A stretch of 64,000 bases of DNA from assembly GCA_964276515.1 (NCBI GenBank), contig OZ193909.1, forward strand, positions 10,416,001-10,480,000. Direction: 5' to 3'. Origin of the DNA: Gordius albopunctatus (lineage: Eukaryota). Both the position numbers and the translations under genes were made by a program. Shown here piece by piece: positions 1 through 12,101 of the stretch (its first letter is position 1; each line of letters opens with the position of its first letter). Under the pieces are notes generated by a model. It worked only from the letters and a program-made list of their open reading frames with translations. It was not told the origin of the DNA and did no database searches.

Positions 1-234
1 TTATTGCAATAGAATCTCATTGTAGCCCGACTCTTTACCCTCAATTTGCCCTCCGTTAATTTTTACTATTACTTAAATTGCATAGCAAATGAATGCTCCC
101 ATACGAATTTAGAAGAGCCTAATAAGGCCACACAAAGACAGCAAGTAGACAGGGGGTTAAGGGGCGGAGCCCCTTGAGTAAGGTTTAAAGGGGCTGCCCC
201 AGCCGGAGTACAGGGGTGAAGCCCTTTTTTTGAA

Positions 235-635
235 TCTTCTTCTTTATCAGTTATTTGGTCCCACGGTCGTGGGGTTTATTTTGATAAGCTTCTTGCATCT
301 TGACCTGGTGAGTGCCATATCTTGACGACTCTTTAGTTTTGATAACTTTAACGCCTTGTCCGTTCCATGTGACACGGGTACGTCCTCTTCCTCTCTTCTC
401 CGGCACCTCCATGTCCAGTACATTTCGATTTAGGTCATTCGTGTCCCCCTTAGTATATCTTCATACCACCGTAACCGATTTTCGTTAATCATGTCCGCTA
501 TAGGTTGAATATTCATTTTTGTCATGAGAAAGTCATTCGTCATATGGTCGAGCTTAGCTTACCCCAAGCTCCACCGTAGAATTGTCATCTCTGTGTCTTT
601 TATAAGCTTTCCTTCCCTGGTGTTTAATGCCGATG
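235..635 (-). mobile_element. 5'-truncated RTE LINE 3' fragment, same family as 9281-12099
   Basis: Aligns by eye with 9281-9625, including the (GAA)n tail and the INENRLRWY...LDMEVPEKRGRGR-type C-terminal region. Confidence 0.85.
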
Positions 636-1429
636 CAATTTTTAATTCCTTAATTAATTTATTATCACAAAAAATAAGGTTTTTTTAAACTCACTTTGTT
701 CTTCACATGTATTCTATCTTTATTTAATTATTTTAATAATCCACAGTCCAGGTTTAAAATGCTCCATAAAATGACCACTGTCTTACGTCAATTTGTATGA
801 GTAGTTTGGCCCCAGGCGAAAAGCCATTTTTAATTTTGCGCCCAAATCGAGCTCGGAGCAACAACATTAATCTCGGTTATTTCCTAAACATGCGAATATT
901 CCCTAACTTCTTAAGCAAATCCTTCTTTTCATTTAAAATATGCCTAGATATACAGCATTAAAAACTGATATATTATGAGGGGTTGTAAAAAAGCATTTCC
1001 CACAAACCTTACTTTGGTCAATAAGTTATCAGTGTACTTAGATAATTCATAAAAACTTAAAGAAACCGGTATAAGCATGGACGTAGCCAAGCCTTAGCCA
1101 CGCAGGAGGGGACTCGACCGTCCTATAATAATAATAATTGGCCTGAAAAATGAGCAAAAGTATGACTTTGATTTAATGTTTCAAATCGTAAAAAGTTTCC
1201 ATTTTCCGCAGCACATGCCTACATTTATCACACTACACTACCTACACGCATGACGGTCTAGAAAATACTATAAGTGATGATACACTTTTACTAAAGAACT
1301 GTATATTCAAATTTTCAAAGTAGACGATAAATACGCAGTACGTCATGAGGTTGTTTTTGATTGACATTTTATTAAATGTCAAAACATATAAAACTAAATA
1401 ACTTGACCATCTTATGACTTAGAAATTTG

Positions 1430-1555
1430 GAATATAGTGTAAAACCTATCCTCAGACCTACCAATCATTCGCAGAAAGTTTCATCTAAATCGGTCCAGTC
1501 GTTTCGAAGGAGTCTAAGAACAAACACCGTTTCACGAGAATTTTATAGATATAGA
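1430..1555 (-). mobile_element. Helitron 5' end fragment
   Basis: Minus strand begins A|TCTATATCTATAAAATTCTCGTG at 1555, resembling non-autonomous Helitron 5' termini. Extent is uncertain. Confidence 0.55.
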
Positions 1556-1731
1556 TTTATATTTGTACTTAGTCCTATTATATAATACATACCGTATTTT
1601 CTTTTAAAGTAATATTGCATAACAAATTTTAGGTATTATTTACTTATTATAGCAATGTAATGTAAATAAATACAAACATTTTAATATATTTAAATTTAGT
1701 ATTATTGTAGTAAGAATCACATGTTTTTTTA

Positions 1732-4700
1732 ATGTCATGCTTGATACATGCATTAAGTTTATCTTTTGCAACTTTATCTTATGTACCGGAATCATTTACA
1801 GCAAGGTTAAATGGTGTGGAAATCCATTGCGATTTCGGATCGAACCTTGAAAGCAGCCTCCGTGATAGGTTTGTAGCTGGATTACAGAAAACAAAGATCG
1901 TTGAACGCCTTTTAGGCATCGAAAATTTGACATGGCAAATTGCGTTGGACACCTCTCGTGAAATGGAAAGGGCAGAACTACAATCACAAATATTGAATCA
2001 TTCGGAAACGATTCATTTGGTGAAACCCAGATCTTTAAATTATTGTTATTCATGCGGGGGTAATCATAATCGGGACATGTGTAAATTTAGGACTGCAATT
2101 TGTTTTAAAACATTGGAAAAATATGCAAGAGCGAATGTAGTGGTACGTTTCATCAGGTTAATTATTCCGAGGGATATTCGTCATTTCCCACTTACACATT
2201 AAAGGTAAATGATCTGGATGTTAATTTTGAAATTGATACAGGGTCATCGGTGACAATGGTGAATGGAGGAAATATGGTAGTACAGAACGTCTCTCCACTC
2301 AAAACTATCTTAAAGAGTTATAATGGTACAACCATGCCAACAAAAGGAAAAACCGAGGTGACAGTATTTGAAAATGGCAAACGATTTCAATTACCGCTAA
2401 TCGTATCAGAAGGCCATGGCCACAACATCTTAGGACGCGATTGGTTGCACTATTTCCCCCACATCCTAATTCAACTGGCAAATAAATGGATTAAAGATGA
2501 TACAACTCCCCCTTCAATCAATATGGTTAATTGTTCCAATAATTTGAATGATATTACTAAAAAATATTCTTCGTTATTTAATAATAAATCCACCGGAGTT
2601 ATTGATTTTTATACAACACTTAAACTTAAACCCGAATCCTCTCCTAAATTTATTCGGCCTAGACCAATCCCTTATTTTATTAAAGAAAAAGTGGACAAGG
2701 AGTTAAGCCGACTAGTTAATGAAGGGGTTTTGAAATCTGTAAATTATGCCGATTATGCAGCACCCATTGTTACTGTTCTTAAAAAAGATGGGGACTTAAG
2801 AATTTGTGGGACTTTATAAATTTGAATAATTGTCTAGTGGTTGAAAAATACCCAATTCCCCGCATCCAAGACTTGTTTTCTAAATTAGCAGGTTTTAGAT
2901 ATTTTTCCATATTAGACCTCAAGGAAGCCTATTATCAAATTAAAATTACTGAAAAATCACAAAATATTTTAACAATTAATACCCACCGTGGTCTTTTTAA
3001 ATATAATCGACTTCCATTTGGAATTGCTTCTGCCCCAGCCATTTTTCAGCGCTTCATAGACTCGTTATTTAGGAACATTAATGGTGTCGTATGTTATTTA
3101 GACGACATTATCGTGGCTGGGAAAACAATTGAGGATCACAATAAAAACCTCGAAACATTGTTCAAAATATTGGATGAGGACAGCATAAAATTAAAACGAG
3201 AAAAGTGTAATTTTTTACAAAAATAAATTGAATATCTTGGACATATGATAAACGAGGAAGGAATTCACACAACTAACAAAAATACTAAGGCAATTATAAA
3301 TGCTCCTGACCCTATATCAATTAAAGAATTACAATCTTTCTTAGGCATGGCTACCTATTATACTAAGTTTATACAAAATTTTTCGACTCTAGCCCAACCC
3401 TTGTATAAATTATTAAGAAAATCTGTGAAATGGAGTTGGACACAAGATTGTATCGATGCCGTTAAAAAAATAAAGGAAAAAATAATTCATGCTCCTGTTT
3501 TAGTTCATTTTAATCCTCAATTATCATTGCTACTCTCCACCGATGCTTCCGCGGAAGGTATCGGCGCCGTTTTATCACATTAAATTAACGGGTACGAGCA
3601 TCCCATTTCTTTTGCCTCACGCACACTTAACGCAGCGGAGAGAAATTACAGCCAAATTGAAAAAGAAGCGTTAGCCATTGTATTTGCATTTCAAAAATTT
3701 AGAGAATACATTTATGGTCAAACTTTCAATCTAATAACAGACTACAAACGATTATTATCAATATTTAATCAAATCAAAAACGCACCACAAGCCGTATCGG
3801 CGCGACTTCAAAGATGGGCTTTATTTACAACATCGTACCAATTTAATATTAAATATAAGAATACCAAAGAAAACGCTCGTGCAGATATGCTCTCAAGATT
3901 AGCTGTTCCGGACGAAATAATATCTCAAGAGGGAGATATTTGTGCTATTTACGATTACATCGGCAGATGTGGCCAAACATACCCGTCAAGATCCTGTTCT
4001 AGGACAAATCTATAATTACGTACTTCACGGTTGGCCCAAAAAAGTGGAATCGGAACTAGTCGTGTACCATCAACGCCAAAAAGAGTTAACAACGCAAAAA
4101 GGATGCTTATTCTGGAGATATAGAGTGGTCATTCCACAACGATTAAGAAAAGACATTTTATATATGCTCCATTTAGGCCATCCTGGTATGACCCGCTCTA
4201 GGATTCCAGCCCGTCAACATTTATGGTATCCAGGTATTGATAAGGACATCCAAAATTATGTTGATAATTGTAAAAATTGCCAAGAGTGGTTTTCTGAAAC
4301 ACCAGAATTAGCTCTCCAAAAATGGACAAACCCTGGTAAACCTTGGTCTAGGTTACATTTAGACCTTTGTGGTCCCATTCACGGTTATTATTATCTAATT
4401 TTGGTCGATGCTTATATGGCCAGAAATATTCCCTATGACCAGCATTAGTGCATCGTGCACTATCAATGCCCTCGAATCGATATTTGCTCGTTTCGGACTA
4501 CCAAAATCCATTGTTTCAGATAATGGTCCACAATTTACAAGTGCTGAATTCAAGGAATATTGCAGGAAAAATAATATTCGAAACATTTATTCCAGTTCTT
4601 ACCACCCTCGTTCTAATGGGGAAGCCGAACGTTTTATTCGAACCTTTAAAAATTTCTTATATAAGTCGCAAAATTTTAAAAATGATAAATTATTTAATTT

Positions 4701-5422
4701 CTTGTTTTCTTACAGGAATACTATCCATCCTACAACTGGTTTTACCCCAGCAGATTTGTTAATCAAAATTCACCCTTTAAGTTTATTTAGCTTTTTAAAA
4801 CCACACATGACGGAAGGAGAACTTAAAGAGGATAATTTTATTAGAAGGAAGTTTTTAATCGGTGACAAAGTCTGGTGGAAAAGACATGGCGACAACATAA
4901 GAAAACGATCGGGTACAATCATGGAGGAAGAATTGCCTACACAGGTGACAACGCCCTGCCCCTCTCCTTCTACAGACTTGGCAAATGATTCACCATTTGA
5001 CGCAACAGCACGGAGCAAACTAGTTTTTCACGTACACCACCTATGGCGCCCTCAATTAATACTCTTCCATCTACGACCTTTCCTTCTAGCTCGCCACCAT
5101 CCACATCTTCAACGATACCACTTACGTCCCCACCCCGGTTGCCGATAGATCCTGACGTAGTTGGACTACCTTCACCTACACTACCACGACGGTCGACCCG
5201 AATTAAATACCCGATGCAAAGATACGGAATCGATTAAGGGAAGGAAATGCTGTAGCTCGCCTTTTCCCACACTCGCTATCTCCTTGATTTTCACACACTC
5301 TCACCCATTAATTAACTCATTAGTTCTTTTCCCTTTTAGTTAATATTCCCACACACTCTCCCACTAATAATAATATCATTAGTTACTTTCTCTCGTAGTT
5401 TTTAGACGTTAGGATTACAGCA
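1732..5422 (+). mobile_element. Decayed, 5'-truncated Ty3/Gypsy LTR retrotransposon (gag-PR-RT-RNaseH-IN plus 3' LTR)
   Basis: CCHC knuckle (CYSCGGNHNRDMC), protease FEIDTGS at ~2226, RT YLDD, RNaseH TDAS, integrase HHCC and SDNGPQF...SNGEAERF in Gypsy domain order. Several stops and frameshifts. Confidence 0.95.
5248..5422 (+). repeat. 3' LTR of the Gypsy element (175 bp)
   Basis: Polypurine tract AAGGGAAGGAAA directly precedes TGCTGTA at 5248; the LTR ends TACAGCA at 5422 (7-bp terminal inverted repeat). No matching 5' LTR was seen. Confidence 0.75.
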
Positions 5423-5585
5423 TCCATCATTTGAGTTTTGTACTTGTAAACAAGTTCACCTTTGTTATTCTAAGTACATTTATTATTCCCACGCTTTTCC
5501 CTATATATTACAAATTTATCGCATATATTCATTCTGTATTTTTTCCGCACTTATATTTCTTCTTACTTTTCTCGAAACTATAAAA

Positions 5586-8030
5586 CTTGTCACATAGGAC
5601 ACCACTCAACTCCCTGATTTTAGCCAGTCTGCGTTTATTCTTGTCTTAATTTTGTTTTCCATACCTCCATCACATTGTACCCTAGAACCAAGATATTTGA
5701 ATTCTTACATGCTGCTTAAACACCAGTCATCGATTTGCAGGTGTGCTTCTTTGTATTCATTCCCCCACTCTAAGCATACATATTCAGTTTTATCTCGATT
5801 GACCCTAAGGCCTTTGCTTTCAATTCGTTCCATCCACACTTTTACCTGCTCTGCTAATTCCACGTTTGAGCCTGCGCACAGGACGATATCATCCGCAAAG
5901 AGCATTGCCCAAGGTGATTCGCATTTCAGGTCCTTCGTTATCGAATCCATTATTGTTATGAAGAGCAATGGACTTAGGGCCGATCCTTGATGCACACCGA
6001 CATTTAGACTGAATCCCTTTGATGTCCCGCTAGATGTCCGTACTTTGGTTTTTGCGTTTCTATACATATACTTTATTAACATTATATAAGCCTCGGGTAC
6101 ACCATTGGAACTCGGGCTATCCCATATCAACTGCCTTGGCACTTTATCGAAAGCTTTCTCAAAATCGATGAAACACATATGAAGATCCTTTTGTTTTTCC
6201 TTATATACTTCCATAAGTCTCCTAAGACCATGTATTGCATCTGAAGTCGACTTTCCAGGCATGAACCTAAATTTTCGTTCATCTATTGATATTATTTTTC
6301 GGAGTCTAGCTTCTATAACCTTTTCCCACACCTTCATTACGTGACTCGTAAACTTTATCCCTCAATAGTTGTTGCATTCTTGTACATCTCCCTTCAATTT
6401 ATAGATAGGTATAACATAGCTTTCCCTCGACTCATCAGGCATCATACTTGCAAGTATTTTGTTAAACAGCTTTGCGAGTAGATGTACACCTAAGGGTCCT
6501 AGCATTTTAAAAGCTTCTATGTGTATATTATCAGGTCCCACCGCTCTACCCATGGTCATCTTTTTAAGCACCCGGTCAACCTCTTCCTCTGTGACTTCTA
6601 ACTCTGGGTCATATTCATAGGTCTTGCTTTCGCAGTGGTCCGAAAACACATTTTCACTGTTTAATAATTCTTTATAGTATTCTTCCCAATGAACTATGAT
6701 TTGATGGTCCAGAGTTAGACTGATGCTTTCCTTGCTCTTTATAGATTTCACGTTTACCACTTTCTTTGAGTTCCTTGCTCTGGTCTTTCCGATTTTGTAG
6801 ATCATTCTTTCCCTTCTTTACTGGTTAACTTGGAATTCAAATTTTCGTAAACCTCTGTTTTAGCCTTGGCTAAACATTTTGCCTCGTTTATAGCTTTCGC
6901 ATATGCCAATCGTGTTTCTTCGTTTCTGTTGCCTGACCATAATTTGTAAAGCTTTCTTTTCAACTTGACCAGGCGTTGCACGTCTTTATTCCACCACCAT
7001 GTCTCCTTATCTTTTTGTATACCTGGTTTACCTTCTCCTAAAACACATCTCGCTACTGATCGTACCGTGTTAGCTATGTTATTCCAAATATCGTTAGCAT
7101 TCTGCTGATCATCTATTTGCAGCCTTTCAACTATTTGGACATTGTAAATATCTTTCAATTTTGGTAGCTGGAACCTTTGATTTTCCCATTTAATCTCTTC
7201 GGCTTTTGTGTTTTCGCCTTGGAGATGGTATAGTACATCACAACAAGTTTATGCTGGGCTGCAATAGCCTCACCTGGTATCACCTTACAATCTCCTACAT
7301 TCTTTAATTCCTTTCTTGATATTAGGAGAAAGTCAATCTGCGAAGATCTATTTCCACTTTTGTACGTTATTAGGTGATTTACATTCTTTTTGAAGAAGGT
7401 ATTTGTAATGGCCAAACAAATGCAACTGCTATTTTCAATATTTCGTCGCCTTCATCGTTTCTCGCTCCGTAGCCATTTCCACCATGGTACCGTTCGAATC
7501 CTTCTCTTGTTTTGCCTACGTGACCATTCATATCTGCTCCAATTATAACTATCTCGGCTCTGGGTATCATTCGCAGCATTTCGTCTAATTCTTCCCGAAA
7601 TTCCTCCTTTTCTTTATCTGTGCATCCTGTTTGCGGAGCATATCCGGAAACTATATTAATCATTTGGCCTTCTATGCATAGTTTCAACATCATGAGTCGC
7701 CCACTTTTTCTTTGTACCTCAATAACTTTATCTTGCAGATGTGAGGCTAGTATGATTGCCACGCCATTTTTATTCGTTTCTAGGCCATTGAAGTAAAGTT
7801 TATAGCCTTCACCTATCATCCTTGCTTTTGCGCCTTTCCATCTTGTTTCCTGTATACATGCTATATCGACCCGTGGCTTGCTGAGGGTGTCAGCAACTTC
7901 TCGGCATTTTGCAATCATCGTTCCAACATTTAGCGAGCCCACTCTCAATCTCGTCCTTAGAAAACTAGTATTTTCACATGATACGGGCGCCTAACATGCG
8001 CTTCGTTTATGGAGGACGCCCTAGCCTTTA
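5586..8030 (-). mobile_element. Decayed RTE-clade LINE (APE endonuclease plus RT), 3'-truncated
   Basis: GSLNVGT...IQETRWKG, GADMNGHVG and SQIDF endonuclease motifs; RT motifs FIDFEKAFD, GVHQGSALSP and LFADD. Frameshifted ORFs span 5705-7948. Confidence 0.93.
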
Positions 8031-8142
8031 ATTACTTTCATTATTACGAACTTTCATAGGACTTGGATCAGGGGTGACGCTCGGCTATCCAGGCCTGACA
8101 GCCGTGTTGACGATGTGAGATATTTTTAGACTTTGAAATAAA

Positions 8143-8215
8143 TGCCGGAGGTGGAATCGAACCAGTAACCTCGCGCTTCAAAGTCTAAACTTATACCCAC
8201 TACACCACCACGCCC
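8143..8215 (-). pseudogene. tRNA-like sequence (tRNA pseudogene or SINE head, TTG/Gln-like loop)
   Basis: Minus strand has an A-box TGGTGTAGTGG and a B-box GGTTCGATTCC with T-arm. Acceptor and anticodon stems pair poorly. Confidence 0.55.
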
Positions 8216-8243
8216 CCTAAAAACGTCAATCATCAATAATATA

Positions 8244-8412
8244 ATGTTATTTTTATGCTTAATTTATGAAATGAATAATAAATTTAATATTTAGTAAATT
8301 TTTAATTAACATATTTTTTTAAATATTAATAAAATTGTGTTATTTTTATGCTTAATTTATTAAATAAATAATAAAGTTAATATTTAGTAAATTTTTAATT
8401 AACCTATTTTTT
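8244..8412. repeat. AT-rich tandem duplication (~94-bp period, 2 copies)
   Basis: TGTTATTTTTATGCTTAATTTAT...TTAATATTTAGTAAATTTTTAATTAAC occurs twice. Confidence 0.7.
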
Positions 8413-8436
8413 ACTATTATATTATAGCTAGATTAC

Positions 8437-8725
8437 TATCTTTCTCACCAAGGGGGAGGGGGGTGATTTGCCCCCCCCCCAATTAATTATTACCCTCTTT
8501 CTCACTAGGGTGGAGGTGATTTGCTCCCCCCCTTTTTTTATACCCTCTTTCTCATTGGGGGGAGGGGGGTGATTTGCACCCCCCCTTGATTTTTACCCTC
8601 TTTCTCAATAGGGGGGGGGGGGTGCCCTGTCAACCCCCCCCCCTCCCCTCTGATGAGAAAGAGGGTAAAAAATAAGTGGGGGGGGCAAATCACTCTCTCC
8701 CCCTGGTGCGAAAGAGGGTATAAAA
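8437..8725. repeat. G/C-tract minisatellite, ~50-bp units (4 direct plus 2 inverted)
   Basis: Unit TACCCTCTTTCTCA-Gn-GTGATTTG-Cn is repeated, followed by reverse-complement units (GAGAAAGAGGGTA). Confidence 0.75.
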
Positions 8726-9280
8726 TAATATTATTCTATTTAACTTATAATATTTAATACAACACAATTAGCATCTACCTTACAAAATGTTAAGATGAAT
8801 TTAATTATAACAATTTAAATGTATTAGTTATCTATCTCTAATTCAAATATGGGATAATTGACGTTCAAATTTAAAAACGCTGTGGTATAACAATGGGATC
8901 GTCAAGAGTAACAATGCTTTTTCCGAATCCCCACCCAATCCCCTGCTAGTAAAAAAACACGTGATAAACGTCAAAACTAATTATTTAGTGTTTTTAACGA
9001 ATAGCAATTGGGGATTGACGTTCGCTATTTTTCAAAGTTCAACATTTTTGTACGCTACACTACACCGGTCTCTAAACGAAATTACTCGATTTATTTTGAG
9101 TAGGCATATATTTAATGAGACCCAAACTTTGAAATTAAAAGGATTACACTAAGGCACTATAAAACTATATGCCGCATAGTGAGTTTATACTAATAAATTA
9201 AAGCCCAAAATGGAATCGATAAACTGATATGATAACTTTTAATACTTAAAAAACGGTATTACCCCAATCCCAAATAATAT

Positions 9281-12099
9281 CTTCTTCTTCTTTATCAGTT
9301 ATTTGGTCCCTCATTGTTGGGGTTTGTTTTGATAAACTTCTTCCATCTTGACCGGGTGAGTGCCGACATGTCTTGACTAATCTCTTTAGTTTCCATAACT
9401 TTATCGACTTGCCCTTTCCACATGACACGGGATCGTCCTCTTCCTCTCTTCCCCGGTACCTCCATGTCCAGTACTTTTCGATTTACGTCATCCGTGTCCC
9501 TTCTTAGTATATGCCCATACCACCTTAGCCGATTTTCGTTAATCATGTCCGCCATAGGTTAAATACCCATTTTTGTCATGAGAAAGTCATTCGTCATATG
9601 GTCGAGCTTAGTATACCCCAAGCTCTAAGCCATCCTTTTTGGATCCTGAAATTGACTTCCGTTGCGCAACCTCCCTCTTGATGTAGCATCGAGCCGAGGT
9701 AAGTAAACCTGTCTACTTTTGGGTACTTTAGATGGTCATCCAGCGATGGGATGCCTGTACCGTTCATTTCCATGTATACAGTTTTTCGATCGTTGACCTT
9801 TAAACCATATCCAGCTAAGCGCTTTGACCACTTTTCTTCTTCCTCGAATACTTTCACCCTTGTTTCCTCGCATAGTACTATATCATCGGCATATAGCATA
9901 GACCATGGCGATGGCTTTTCAATGTCCCTCGTTATCGTGTCTATAATTATATTAAATAAAAAGGGACATAAAGCAGAGCCTTTATGTAATCCAATATTAA
10001 CCCGAAAAGTTTTAGAGTCTCCAACTGTCGTCCTAACGCAAGAGTTTGAAGCTTCATAAATATTTTTCATAAGCCGTATATATGCGTCAGGGATATTTTG
10101 TTTCCTCGGGCACCACCATATTAAATCGCAGGTGACCGTGTCATAAGCTTTCTCCAAGTCGATAAAAACCATATGTATTTCTTTCCTCTTTTAACCATAC
10201 TTATCCATCATTTGTCTTAGGGCGAAGATTGGGTCGATTGTGGATTTGCCGGCCACAAATCCGAATTTATTAGCCGATATTTCCACCTGCAGTCCTGAGG
10301 GTCTCCTTTGCCTTTAAATAAGGGTATAATCGTGCTTGCTATCCATTGGTTAGGGATTCGCTCTTCTACCAATATCTTGTTAAGGATGTTCGTCATGGTG
10401 GTGACTCCTTCTTCACGACATCCGAGAAATGCTTCCATAGGTATTCCATCTGGGCCATTTGCTTTTCCTTTTTGCAACTTGTTCATTTGTGTCCTAAATT
10501 CATCTTCCTGAAAGAGTTCGACCATACTCGTACTTGGCTCAATTTCGGGAAGGAAATCCTTGTCATTTGCAATATTCATAAGTTTCTTAAAATATCCTTT
10601 CCACCTTTCCATCACTTCTTTCGGCTTGAATAAGGTTTGACCCTTCTCGCTTTTGACTATTTTAAGAACTCCGACATCGCGACTTTTCTTCTCCCTTATC
10701 TTGGCCAATTTGTACATAAGCCTATCGCCCCCTTTATGATCCAGTTTGTTTGCCATCTCGGTGTACGCGGCATTCTTCCCTTTTGCAGCGGCCTTTTTTG
10801 CGGCCCTCTTTGCGTACCTGTACTATTGATAATCCTTCGACTTTTTTGATTTATGCCACCGTCTATATAGATATTTTAGAAGATTTTTACCCTCATATTC
10901 AATGTTCTTCATGGATAAGTTATCGGGAATTGTTGAGGGAGTTAAAAAAATATTATAATTTGTTAACTCCATCAACGATTCCCGATAACTTATCCATGAA
11001 GAACAGTCTATATAGATTTTTCTTCCTTTCGATGATATCTTTAACCGATTGATCCCACCACCATAGTTCCCTATTCATAGCTTTGCCTCCTTTGGTCTGT
11101 CCTAGAACACGAATCGCTGTTTCCTTAATGTCCTTAGATAGCGTCTCCCAATCGTCGTCTACGTCCCTTTGCAACTTCCTTGCAATCAAGAGTGAGCAGG
11201 CTTTTTGATGGTATTCTTTGTTCGTCAACGTATCCTTTAGCCTTTCGTATCAAATTCGAGGTTCATAGATCTTTCTTCTTTCGGGAAATACTCTTTTGTC
11301 AAGATCTATAATAAGGGGACGATGTTGCCTTGCGATTTCTTCTCCCGGTATCACTTTGAAATCCTTGATACTCCATAAGTCCTTTCGCCGTATAAGCAAA
11401 TAGTCGACTTGACTAAAATGCTCCCAACTTCTATAGGTCACAATATGATCTTCGCGCTTTTGAAAATAGGTGTATGCTTGGGATACTTGGAGAAGTTTTT
11501 CCCCTTCTTTGTTCTTCAGACCATGCCCATAGCCTCCATGATTGCGTTCATACCCTAGGCGATCTTTCCCAACGTGAGCGTTGAAATCTGCCCCAATAAT
11601 TAGCATTTCTTCCTGTCCTATTCCTTGTATTTCTTTTTCCAATGAATCAAAGAATATGTCTTTCTCTGATTCCAAACATCCCATTTGGGGAGCATACGCG
11701 CATATAACGGTTAGGAGGCCCCCTTGATCTGCAATCTTCACCCACATGTTCCGTTCCACCTCGTCTCTTGTAGGCAGGCGATGTGTACCTTTCTTCTTTT
11801 TAGCATCTGTGTGACCTCGATGCTCTTCCCCGTCAACGTTCCCGCATTCCAGCACGTAATTCGCATTCTTTCCACAACTAGTTTCCTTAACCGCGTTCGT
11901 TGTGAGTTAGGCAGTGACCCTAGTTTATTTTTCACATTGCACGGGCGGGGTATGCAGTGCGCGTCGTTTGTGGAGGACGCCTAGCCTTTTCTTGTAAAAT
12001 CTTGTTTGAAACTATCATAATTTTGGAGTTGATTGGTTTCCGACCTGACGCCAACCCTCCACTTTTTGCACACGGACTTGGGACCGTCGTAGGTAGCGT
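9281..12099 (-). mobile_element. End-to-end RTE-clade LINE insertion (decayed ORF) with 16-bp TSD
   Basis: TSD CAATCCCAAATAATAT at 9265-9280 and 12100-12115; (GAA)n 3' tail; APE motifs CWNAGTL, LQETRW and GADFNAHVG; RT motifs FIDLEKAYD and LYADD. Internal deletion near 9625 relative to the copy at 235-635. Confidence 0.95.
10873..11005. mobile_element. 133-bp insertion with a 103-bp near-perfect palindrome and 12-bp TSD
   Basis: GTCTATATAGAT at 10861-10872 and 11006-11017; palindrome at 10903-11005. Removing the insert rejoins the RTE frame (KNLYR-RWHKSK). Confidence 0.85.
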
Positions 12100-12101
12100 C
12101 A
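12051..12101 (-). ncRNA. Twister ribozyme core (type P1-like) at the RTE 5' end; probably inactive at this locus
   Basis: Minus strand reads UGA-CGCU-AC-CUACG-ACGG-UCCCAAGU-CCGU-GUGCAAAA-AGUG-GAGGG: P2 CGCU/AGUG, P4 ACGG/CCGU, L4 UCCCAAG, pseudoknot partners AC/GU and UCCC/GAGGG. Confidence 0.8.

Noticed and set aside
5043..5237. Pro/Ser/Thr-rich ORF as an env-like extra Gypsy gene
   Set aside because: It ends in PRRSTRIKYPMQRY, the usual integrase tail, here frameshifted.
8050..8105. Possible twister or HDV-like ribozyme upstream of the first RTE
   Set aside because: Only TCCAAGTCC resembles the core; P2, P4 and GAGGG could not be built.
8645..8670. CTGATGAGAAAG resembling a hammerhead ribozyme core
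   Set aside because: There is no stem II between CUGAUGA and GAAA; it is part of the inverted minisatellite unit.
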